This document shows, in pieces, positions 13,975-24,848 of a DNA stretch of 64,000 nt. Within the stretch, counting starts at the first letter, position 1. Each line of letters starts with the position of its first letter. Source of the DNA: Oopsacas minuta (Eukaryota; Animalia; Porifera); assembly GCA_024704765.1 (NCBI GenBank), contig JAKMXF010000024.1:1-64000 (forward strand), written 5' to 3'. Position numbers and translations under genes: made by a program. The notes under the pieces are model-generated. The model was not told the DNA's origin. It saw only the letters and a list, made by a program, of their open reading frames with translations, and did not search any database.

Positions 13975-14977
13975 GCCGAAATATGCTGAAGAAGCCCTCT
14001 CATTTTCCATGCGTCAATACCAGTTAACAAATATTATTTCACTATGAAGAGAATTGAAAATATTTTGCTGACCTTACCATCTTCTGTACGTATTTGATTG
14101 CTTAGAAATAATACAATTGTCTAATACACAGAAATATTCAGCTTACTTAGTCTCTAATCGTGTACAACACATCAAATTATCTTAAGATTAAAATAACTAC
14201 ACTATGTTATATAATTCTTCAATTGCGAACATTACATACTGTATTATGTATTAGTTACAATAAAACAGTACCAATTGAAAGAATAAAATGTTATCCGGAA
14301 GGTTTAGATTACCAATTATTCAATTAATATTAATATTGTATTGGAGGTTAATTTTCATTATATAACTCCATCTAAAATTGATTCCATTTTTTCCTTTTCA
14401 GGATAAGATCGTAATCAATTAGCATATATGCTCAATTAACCAACTTCCCAGTAAGCATAGTGCTTACCATATTATTGAGATTTTAAGGTTATATTATTTT
14501 GGCCATCTGAATCAATAACTGATCGATTATCATGACCGATTTCTAATGCTTTCCCATCTCTACAAGTATTATGCACATGTTAAAAAGTTGGTGGTATTGT
14601 CAACTGGAAAATTGGTATATACGAATAATTACTCTAACTGATAGTACTTAATAATCATTTGAAATTTAGTATTAGACTAGATTGCAAAATATTGATGTAT
14701 TTGAACCACACAACATGTTCACTTCCTTTGATTATTTTTTATCAAAGGAGTTCAATGCATGCAATCATATATAAATCATGCAGCAGGTTTTCTCCTTACC
14801 GACCTTACATATCCAACACAACAACATTTGATACATTCGCTAGTTGGTTAAAATAAAGTTTGCATATACTCCCTACCTAATTGATATGTGAAAATGAATC
14901 GTATTTGCTCTGTATTGAATAGTGCATGAGTTTTATATGTTGCATGTACCTTAGATTTTGTGATTTCTTACATTGTA

Positions 14978-15031
14978 TGACGTGAAGATTGTGTATAGCT
15001 ATTTTCGTAGCTACACACAATCTTCACGTCA
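14978..15031. other. Near-perfect 24-bp hairpin, pre-miRNA-like or a minimal foldback element
   Basis: TGACGTGAAGATTGTGTATAGCTA-TTTTCG-TAGCTACACACAATCTTCACGTCA; one mismatch in 24 bp. No target-site duplication seen. Confidence 0.6.
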
Positions 15032-16263
15032 ATCTATACTTTGTTAATTATCTTCAATTAATTATCAATATACTGGCAACATCGCTAGTATTACTTTTGA
15101 GCATAATTACTAGCTCATAATTAAACTCTAATTATTAACTATGCGAGATAATTAATATAATCAGTATTTTTACTGACATGGAGATTATCCTGTCAGTAAT
15201 GAATATTGATTGTCTATTATGGACTGTCTAACGTTAAGTAAGGCTAGCATTCTTCTGTGTAGACAAAAAGTTAAGTGGTGACTAATTTTCCGAAACTTTG
15301 CGTTTTGTGTGGACACCACATGTCAAGTCCAAGGATTCTACAAAATCAAATTTGATTATTTTCCAAATCGAACTGTCTAAAGATTTGAGCAAGTTTTGAA
15401 AATCATATGGGATTCCTGAACATTGCGCTATCAAATTCACCACTCAATATCCTAGACCTGTTACAGACTTACTGCTATCAGATATACCTTATTTGGTTGA
15501 TTGCTTATGGACACACATGCAACTGAACACATGATCAGCTGATAACAGTTATAATCGTATTATAATTACTTTAGGCTCTGATTGCCATTGCAAGTGTCTA
15601 CTCCAAAGATTACGAAGTTCAAAGAGTTGCTTAAGAATCAGCTACCCTCTAACATATTAGTGTGCGAGATTCGCTGAATTGTTTTTATGAATTAACCATT
15701 GAATATATTAAGTATAGAGTTCATTAGTTGTGTTGTGTCGTTGTGAAAATACCAAGATTCTTAACTATGTGAGTTCTCGTGCACATAGCCAAATAGCTAT
15801 ATTTATCAAATTTTTAGCTTTTTACTTGAACATGTTTAATTTTTTCGTGCAACAACATTACAGCGTGTATGGCGGACTTTAAGCTATGACGTTTCTTCTT
15901 ATCATAATCTAAAGAAGGTATACCATGTGTCTTGTTATACCATAACTACATAACTCATTCAAATTATAGACTAATTTCCTGGTCTTTGTTTTCAGGAATC
16001 AACTAAATAAATACCCGATCACGGATGAAGTTTTACGTTCTTAACGAAAGTGAACCCTAAAATTTGACACTTAGTTTTAACCAATTCCCGCACCAAAAAC
16101 GAGATTTACCATCTTTTTATCTTCATAAAATCACCCATTTTCCCGGCAGTATTCGGTTAAACGGATACTATAGACTTAGATTGTATAATACTTCACCAGG
16201 GATAAATTCAAATATATTATTTCCAACATATAGTCTCTAAATTTTGTTCAGAGATTTATATAG

Positions 16264-16710
16264 ATGACTGAATTACGTGGCTCTATGAAACTTCGAATTT
16301 CAATACTTGTGACCTCATTATTACTTGCTATTGGAGCTCTTGTTACTGTAGCACTATCTGTCGTCCTTTATGCTTTGGATTTTAGTTCAATCGGGAAGTA
16401 TGTCCTTGCTATCTCAGTTCTCCTCAGTTTGACAGTTATGTCATTCTGTTGGATATATTTATACCTGTCAGGACGTACTCAGAGTTTCTCAATAGGTTAC
16501 CCATTTGTACTCAATGAAATATCTATAGATACTCAACAGAATGTAGAGGCAGATAAGGACATTTCTACTCCAGGTGGAGACGAGTTTCCACCGAAATATG
16601 ACACTCTACCTGCCCTTGTCAGCACCGAACTACCTTCTTATAATCAATTTTGCGTAAATTCTCCTGTGAAAACTGATGAATCTGCAAACATAATTATCCC
16701 CAACTGCTGA
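16264..16710 (+). CDS. Small two-TM membrane protein with cytoplasmic PY motifs (148 aa), intronless
   Basis: Two hydrophobic stretches (ISILVTSLLLAIGALVTVALSVVLYAL and YVLAISVLLSLTVMSFCWIYLYL). The tail contains PPKY and LPSY. Confidence 0.75.
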   Translation: MTELRGSMKLRISILVTSLLLAIGALVTVALSVVLYALDFSSIGKYVLAISVLLSLTVMSFCWIYLYLSGRTQSFSIGYPFVLNEISIDTQQNVEADKDISTPGGDEFPPKYDTLPALVSTELPSYNQFCVNSPVKTDESANIIIPNC

Positions 16711-16729
16711 CACATACAATTTGTTTAAT

Positions 16730-17335
16730 TTTTGCTCTTATAAATTTGATTTATATGTTTCTATGTAGGTTTCATTCAGGGGCTGGCTCTCGCCATCCAT
16801 TGAATTTAGAAATGTAACATCTTCGGCATCCCCCTCATTGTCAAATATTTTTGTGGGTTTTTGTATACAACGATATTACGATGATAAATCAAGATTTCCT
16901 GGCCTACCCTTAGTTCATAGGATTAGTGGGTACATTCTGTAAGCCACGATCCCTCGGCTTTACATCAAAATTATGTCAATGTGCATGTTTTCAAACATGT
17001 AAATTGACCCCAGAGAAATTGTCAGTATCCCAAAAGAAGGAATACTACTACCCTTCTGTGTCGTATACTCATTTTCACTTAGCTACGTCTCCATACAGGC
17101 AACACTTGTAAAACCCAGCAGTAATTGACTCGTCACTTGTATGCCCCCTGCTAATTAATTTATCACTAAAGGTGCATCTATTTGTTTCAGGATCTACTAT
17201 ACGATTTACTTGTGGGGAACACTGATCTACTGTAACAATTGCCTGCCAGAGTGAAGAATATAGCGTAAGGCAAGGAGGGTTGTATTTATGCTCCATTGCA
17301 GTGAGGGGAAGTTGTATACTAATTGCATATCCCTG
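16730..17335 (-). pseudogene. Frameshifted Ig + TM receptor-like pseudogene
   Basis: Acceptor TTTTCAG at ~17334, then an ORF ending AGFYKCCLYG. A frameshift leads to the hydrophobic SIPSFGILTISLGSIYMF...IIL and another to an acidic tail. GC is higher than in the flanks. Confidence 0.35.
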
Positions 17336-17521
17336 AAAATAAAGCTAAGTCAACGCAGTTATGTGAAAATTACCTGAATACATTTTGAACTATGTAATTA
17401 CAAAATACTGCCCAGTTTATGGAGGTGCCTGATCTCGGAGGTTTGGTAGTACCTTATTAGTGATACGTATTATAATTCCTTGTATCAATTAATTAATTAT
17501 AATCATAATAGCTTGCTTGAG

Positions 17522-18397
17522 ATGTCTACACTCACCATAGAACAACTAGATTTCTTCCAAAAGAACGGCTATCTTGTAATAGAAGACGCATTCCCTATAG
17601 AATCCTGTGATAAGTTGAAGCAACAAGCTATCCTCATATCTAACAAACTAGACATACACACGCATCCAAAATCTAAATTTATATGTGGCAATGAAGATGG
17701 TAAATCCCAGGAACAAAATGACTATTTTATCAACAGTGGGGATAAAATTTCATATTTCTTCGAAGAAAATGCATTCAATTCCGATGGAGAATTGACAGGG
17801 CCAATAGAATTATGCCTGAATAAAATCGGCCATGCGTTACACACACTGGACCCTGAATTCAAGTCATTAACTCACTCACCGATCATTCAGGAAGTAGCTA
17901 AGAGTTTCAAGTTCAAAGCTCCCAGGATAGCACAGAGTATGTATATATTCAAACAGCCAAAGATTGGTGGTGCCTGTAATGTACATATGGACTCGAGTTT
18001 TCTATATACAAATCCATCGGATTCTCTCCTCGGCTATTGGATACCGTTAGATGATGCTACTGTGGAGAATGGGTGTCTGTCTTTCCTACCTGGGTCTCAC
18101 TTAACACACCCGTCTGTTACCTACCGTATGGAACGTACTGCTCCTAGTGCGAATAAGCTATGTTACACTGGAGACCCATATGTGTATCCTGATGAAGGTT
18201 GGGTACCTGTAGAAGTGAAGAGAGGATCATTGGTACTGATTCATGCTCGTGTACTGCATAAGAGTGAAGCTAATGTATCCGCTAAATCTAGACATGCTTA
18301 TTCCTTCCATGTATACGAGGCTGTAGATACTGAGTATAGTAATCTGAATTGGTTACAGCCTGTAGCTGATACTCAATTCACTTCTCTGTACTCATAG
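17522..18397 (+). CDS. PHYHD1: Phytanoyl-CoA dioxygenase domain-containing protein 1 (2OG/Fe(II) oxygenase), intronless
   Basis: GYLVIEDAF, NKIGHALH, QSMYIFKQPKIGG, the iron ligands HMD and H (VLHKSEAN), and SRHAYSFH. The first ATG is at 17522; the ORF track starts at an upstream TTG. Confidence 0.93.
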   Translation: MSTLTIEQLDFFQKNGYLVIEDAFPIESCDKLKQQAILISNKLDIHTHPKSKFICGNEDGKSQEQNDYFINSGDKISYFFEENAFNSDGELTGPIELCLNKIGHALHTLDPEFKSLTHSPIIQEVAKSFKFKAPRIAQSMYIFKQPKIGGACNVHMDSSFLYTNPSDSLLGYWIPLDDATVENGCLSFLPGSHLTHPSVTYRMERTAPSANKLCYTGDPYVYPDEGWVPVEVKRGSLVLIHARVLHKSEANVSAKSRHAYSFHVYEAVDTEYSNLNWLQPVADTQFTSLYS

Positions 18398-18955
18398 TGT
18401 TAAGTGTCATTCTCAAAATCAAATTTATACATGAACAACTTTTAGCCAACTGTTCACTTCAATTACTCTATTTCTATTGCTCTATTAGATACAGATATTT
18501 CAAGTTATTCTGCATCCTCCCTATTCTTATTTGACAATTATCTGATCTCTGACTAGTAGGTATAATAGTATGATACAATTACTTGAATTTAAGGGTACCT
18601 ATACCTGTTTTAAGACCATCAATTGGATAATTATTATTTGTTCATAAGAAGAGAATACTATTCATAAACGGTTCATTAATAGCAAATTCTTCATTATCCG
18701 AATACCTGTGAATGTATAACCAACTGCTAGTTGGCTATTTCCAGATATTTATTGGTACTATTCAAACGAATTGCAATTATGTATTAGCTCCATTTTCCTG
18801 TAAAACTAACTATTAAAGGTCGCTATTCAAATTCATTTAGTACAGAGGGAAACCCGTGGGTGGAGGTATTTGCCTACTCACCCCCATGAGATTATAACTT
18901 TTCATGAGCCATTGTATTCTGTTTATACAACTATACTATTTCATGAATTAGTACC

Positions 18956-21900
18956 ATGGATGAGAAGGTATACAAGCTCCCTCCTGGAATGAGAGAGCTA
19001 GCTCACATCTGGGAGACAGAAGAGTCAGCCATCAGGCCACATCTCCTAGACATAGACCTGACAAATCCTTACGCTTATAATAAGAAACATAAAATCTCAC
19101 GAATTAAGAATATTCCTAAAAACACTTCCAATACTCAATCTAACATCAAAACAAACAAAATTATTCCCAAAGAAAACCACATTTGTGATATAGAACAAAA
19201 AGGAATGGAGATGCCAATTGAAGAACCGATTTTTGACACGTCTGAAACAGATACAAACTCTCTACCAGATTATCTCACACAATTATTACTAGAAGCTGAA
19301 CAAGCTATACAAAACATGGACTGTATTAATTCCGACCAATCCACTATAACTGATATTATAAACTTTCCCAAGGTAGGAATGGGCCATGAAGATGATATAG
19401 TAGAGACTTGTCTGAGAGCCAGCATGGGAGAACCTCCAGTAGTTACGTTACGTTCTTATGAGAGACATTGGAAGAGATCTGGAGTTTATCATTGGAGGAA
19501 ACCTGCATGTGTTATTAGTAGAAATACATTGGTGGATAAACCGAAATCTGTGAAGAGGAAATCTAGAATTATAAAGAATTCTGCTAGTAATGTAAAAGTG
19601 AAACAACCTCGAATTGTAAGTTACAACATAACTAAGGATATACTTAACTATGGATATTATTTGGATATCTATACTGTTAATTTTCCACAGTTAAATCTAT
19701 TGACTACGGTGGAATTTCCGGATAAGACGAACAAAATATGACCGTCCGTTGGTGTTCACATTAATGAGTTCCACTGTAATTGATGCTTTGTCGACGAATT
19801 TCCCAGGAAAAATGTCAAATCTCATTTCATTATCGGCATGCATGCGCATGGTTTCCTTGATTTATGGTGTGTCAGCGATCCATTCCCTCAATCCGTTTGA
19901 CATTAAGTTTCCTCTTTTCTAGACACTCCCCCATCATGAATCATCTATATTAGACCTCCCTAATGAATTAATCCACCTTATTCTATCCTATCTCCCTCTC
20001 TCCTCTCTCCTTTCTACTTCTACTACTTGTAAGAGATTATCCCTCCTGGCTAGTTCTCCTTTCTTATACTCTAATCTCAATTTATCAAGACTGTCTGTAA
20101 CAAGTGAGAATTTAAATTGGATTATTTCTAAGCAACCCAAGCACTTGAATCTATCTAACTCAACTATTATTCTAACAGACCCTCAGATACAATTGTTACT
20201 ACAATCACTAGCACCGCAGTTACAAGTAATATTACTTTTTGAAGAATTTTTATAACCACAGCTTATTTGCTGACTACTAACATGAGGTTGTTGGTTAGGA
20301 AACTTCACATTTAATATTATTGATCAAACTTAAACAACAAAAGGTGCGAAAATATTCACATTCCATACATTCCATACCCAAGGTGTACTACTGTACATCT
20401 ACACCCAAAAATGTACGCATGTGACAATTTTCATGTCAATCGGATCACTAGATTTCTTATGACCGCGCGGACGGAAATTAACCTCATTGCACAACCTATC
20501 TGTGAACAATATTTATTTGCATTTTATTCCAGAGTTTGTCATTATATCCGGGGACTCCCTACTCACTGAAAGGAGATCAAATATGTAATCTACTATCACA
20601 GTATGAGACACAATACCTCTCCTCTCTACACCTGAACTGGATTGGTATCACAGACTATGGATTGTCTTGTCTTATGTCTATCAATACTCTAAATACTCTC
20701 TCATTAACAGGATCTAATCACATAACTGATACAGCTGTTATACCATTAATTGTTAAGTTTCAGTCTACGTGAGTTGATATACTTGTATAGTTGTAGTGTA
20801 TTTTATATATCCTGAATATTTTATTTTCTAGAAAATGATAATTTTATATTTGAATAATTGTTCACCAAAATACTCATAAAACCAATAATTTCCTAATCAA
20901 TAGAATGATTAGTCAGAATTTATTAAATTATCATATTTTTCTGAATAAAAATCATTTTGATGAAGTCTTGACTTTTTGACTCAAATAAATACTGTGGAAC
21001 GCCTAACATCAAATTGTATTTTGCAAATTTATTTCTTTGTATTACGCGAATTCTGCTATAAACACATTAATTACAATACAAAACTGCACTCTTTGAATTG
21101 CTCTTAGGCTGTTTCTAATGTACTAATACATCAAAATTCAAAACTCCCACTATTTACATTTGCCTAAATATGTATGAGCACCAAATGAAGGATTTGGAAA
21201 CAGATTTACCACTAGTTGCATGGTAAATATCCAAAAATCTGTGTAGACAAACAACAAAATACAGTAACTCGTTATTTAGAACATGGACTACGAATTTAAC
21301 CTGTCCCTGTATGTAATGGCGAAAGTCTACTATCGATATCTATAATCTATATTTTCTTATAATGTAATGCATATGGATCGAATTTCTAACCACGTAATAT
21401 TTTGGATGTGTTATCTCTAGGTTAACAGATCTAGATCTGAGTTCTTGTATCCAGCTGACTAACAGAACAGGCTATGTAGTAGCTACCTGTGTTAACCTAT
21501 CCTCTCTAGGATTAGCTACTTGTTATAAGATGACTGATAAAGTATTCAAAATGATATTAGCTTCTCTGCCTCTCTTAGAAAATCTGGATCTTCATAGTAA
21601 CCCCGGGGTATGTAGAATGTACAATCGACAATATTGCTGATTGACATACTGTCGAAAACCGCACTTATTGAAGTCTAAAAGTACAAATATTGTCTCAAAA
21701 CGTCAAAGTAACATAATTTACATCAGTTATATCGAAGGAATAATCGCTGTCCCTTGAGCATAGTTATAACTGGAATATACTTTATGTTAATTTTGGACTC
21801 TCATCAATTATTTTTACTATGGATAAGCTGAACGAAGTTTGCAATCCTAACGTGTACTGAGTATTAACGATTACTTCTAGAGATACTTTCAATTTGTGTT

Positions 21901-22617
21901 ATCATATATACACTTTTGAAACATTATTTAGCTTGCAGAAACAGATCCTAATGTTCTAGAAGGACTTGCAAATTGTAATAAACTGAAAAGATTGAATCTC
22001 TCTCAAGCAACTAATATTACAGATTCTCATATATCTCATCTATTAGCTGGACTTCATACGCTAACGTTAGTTATATCTGTAGAAACCATGGATCATTTCT
22101 CAAACCCGTTTTAGTTTCTTCATAGTATTTATAGTTAAATTTTCTCTATAGTCATTTGTATGTTGGTAACTGTAAGCTAACGGACAACTTCATGACGTCA
22201 TTATGTCAGGCTAGACTGGCTAATTTGTCTCACTTAGATCTGAGCAGTTTACCTATCAGTTCTCTATCTCTGTCTGCTATTGCTTCAGCTTATCAGCTGT
22301 CTCTTACTAGTCTAGTGCTTAATTCTTGTATTAGAATTACACAGAATAGTATTTGTAAGACGATGGATAAGTGTAGAAGGTTAGTGTATACGTGTACGAA
22401 TTGTCAGCCGTTCAATGTTATATCGATGTTCGATTATATTATTGTTTATAACAGGAGCGGAGCATAAGGTACAATTTTAATGTTGGAATAATCACAGATT
22501 TTAAATGTATGCAATAGTCTAATTCTGGAATTGTTAAGTGTTACCAATTACCAACAATTGAATATCTATTGCAGTAAGCAGTATATTGGAATGAAGGGGT
22601 TGAGTACAAGAGTTTAG
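18956..22617 (+). CDS. F-box/LRR (FBXL-type) protein with a long N-terminal extension, 7 exons, ~615 aa
   Basis: Exons 18956-19615, 19923-20225, 20533-20768, 21421-21607, 21932-22065, 22152-22379 and 22518-22617; all GT-AG and phase-consistent. F-box ILDLPNELIHLILSYLP...TCKRL, followed by cysteine-containing LRRs (LDLSSCIQLT, LVLNSCIRIT). The last exon is the least certain. Confidence 0.85.
21643..21782 (-). mobile_element. Tc1/pogo-type MITE, family B (FBXL intron 4)
   Basis: The reverse complement ATTCCAGTTATAACTATGCTCAAGGGACAGCGAT matches the starts of 28726 and 61999. Confidence 0.7.
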
Positions 22618-23769
22618 ATATTATGGAACAAAACAGTAAGGCATATGAAATCTGACCTTAAGCACATGTAAAATCTGACCATACGCCAGTATCGATATTC
22701 GTCCTCATAGCGTATACATCGTGTTTTTCACAATTTATCTTAACATCATATTTATATTTTAATCTACTATTCCATACAATTAATAGCTATAAATATCACA
22801 ATGCACGTTTTCACGCCTAATTTGTACTTTCAATGCGCAACTATGACTAGTATGAATAAATTATAATAATGATAGGTATTTGTTACATCATCCATATATG
22901 CTCCTTTTTTTTAATATTCTATGTGTATCATCATTATTAAATTCACTTACTGCACCATCTCATGTCAGTTTTCTATATTTATACATAATATACCGAGGGA
23001 TATACCAAAGTACGTATTTGAAAGTGTGATTAATTATTATATTGTGTAATTCTTGTAGATTCATTACCCACAGATCTACCTTGATATTTTTGGGAAGAAA
23101 AATCATTTCATTAAAATCATATTTATATATAGTCAACTAAGGCAAAAATACGGAAAATACAATGCTAAACCATAGATGGGTAAATGTAACACTATTTAAT
23201 GGCATTGTAAGAGGGCCTATAAGGACAATTGGTGATCATTATGACACCAAGGCCTAATATAAGACATAGAGACATAAAAAATGACATAGTCAAATTGTCC
23301 GCCATTCTTCAAAGATAATTTGGTTACTTGACAAGAATTACATTTACGTCAAACAAATTATTGAAATATCTAACAATATTAATTCATGATGTTTGTAAAA
23401 TATTTGATGTTAACATATATACGCACTGCAGTAAGATATAGAGGAACTACATATTGATTAGTGAGTCTTTTTCAGAGAATAGTCAAGCCAAAACTAGGCT
23501 AATGGTAAAATACAATATTACTGGACATTTTCTATTATAATACAAATGAATGAATTAATCATCATGAATTTGCATATTAATTATTAACATATGGATATGC
23601 TGGATACATTAAATATTCAAGGAAGTTTTGTTCCAGAAATGAAATAATGTATGATAGACAGTCATGATATACAGATAATATCTGGTATATTGAACAATTA
23701 GTTGAGGGCAAGTCTTTCTACTTATATTTTGAGATTTGAATAACGTATTTACTTTAATTCATAATAAAC

Positions 23770-23900
23770 AATAATAAATTTACACATAACAATGCGGAAT
23801 CGAATTCAACGCACTGTGTTACCCATGAGCCGCTGAGAATAAGTCGCATTCAGACGGCCAGACGAACAGTCAAACAAACAGGAATTAAATAATATAGAAT
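23770..23900. repeat. Helentron/DINE-like non-autonomous repeat end
   Basis: A degenerate CAGA microsatellite (CAGACGGCCAGACGAACAGTCAAACAAACAG) followed by AATAATATAG. A similar end lies inverted at ~11428-11460. Family assignment is by resemblance only. Confidence 0.3.
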
Positions 23901-24848
23901 AAACACCTCCATTCGATTCAGACCCAGTCAATAGAGATAATTCTAATACTCCGTCTCCTCCAAATTAAACGTAAAGAATATCGAATGTTATTAATTAATT
24001 AACTCATTCATGAATATCCTATAGATTCAATTATTGATAATATCCCGAATACGCCAATTATGTTAGACGAGTGAGTAGGCAATCTGCTATCCAAACCGCC
24101 ACATATGGAATTGTTAAAATTTTCAGTGCATTTACTCAAAACATTATAGTACAATTATATGCTGAGGATCTTCCGTTCATATTAATGTTAAAAAATACAA
24201 CTAATTCCATAGTTGTAATTTTCATTGAATGCATTGAGGGAGCTGACAGTATATATGAATTTGTACTTTATATCCGAAACATGTTATCGATTCTAGAATT
24301 ACCTGTAACTTTTATTCTTGTTGTTTACCGAATCCATTTTAGACTTGAAACAATCTCTGTATTTGACACTAAGATCAATCCAGTTCCAAGATATCAAATC
24401 AAATCAAAGGTGAAACTAATCGGTACAACTCCATTACCTGTGTTATCTCAAAATCTTGTTCACTGATATACATTTAGTCTCTGTCACATTTTAACCTTAA
24501 TTATTTATATCCGTATATTGTTATTATATATTGACATATTTGATGGCATTTTGGTAGTCATAGGAATAATGGTGTGATACCGTCGAAAAGCTTTGTCTAG
24601 TCTTTGGTAGTGTAATCATATGGACGAAAAACCTATTAGGTTTTATAGAAGTTATCAATTCAAGATTTTTGCTATTCTCTAAAATTTTTGACAAATCAGT
24701 TTAGATAACATTTTACAGTTGATGGACTTAATACTGCAATAATCTATCACACGTTGCTATGCTAATCTGTGAATTATTAATTTGATTTGCTATTTTTCCT
24801 TTTTATTTATTTGCTATTAAATCATTTAGTAATTAACAAAAATATTGA

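Noticed and set aside
13764-14030. 88-aa minus-strand ORF as a protein gene
   Set aside because: TTG start, no acceptor, no recognisable motif; it overlaps the structured island.
13760-14032. Telomerase RNA on the + strand: CTAACCCT template-like 8-mer at 13789-13796, a U-rich stretch, and an H/ACA-like 3' hairpin ending ACA
   Set aside because: The 8-mer is expected about once by chance in this window. It sits in a hairpin loop rather than next to a P1 boundary helix. The pseudoknot stems are weak AU pairs, and I found no P6.1 (UxG loop) element. Worth one cmsearch run, but not supported.
16730-17335. Selenocysteine or stop readthrough at the TGA AAA TGA in the Ig-like ORF
   Set aside because: Continuing needs frameshifts and passes TAG stops, so ordinary pseudogene decay is the simpler explanation.
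18853-18882. GC-rich hairpin upstream of the FBXL gene
   Set aside because: Resembles the internal palindrome of the hAT-like MITE at 53458; probably a TE remnant.
24071-24466. 131-aa plus-strand ORF
   Set aside because: GTG start and no motif; the opposite strand looks like a stop-ridden extracellular relic.
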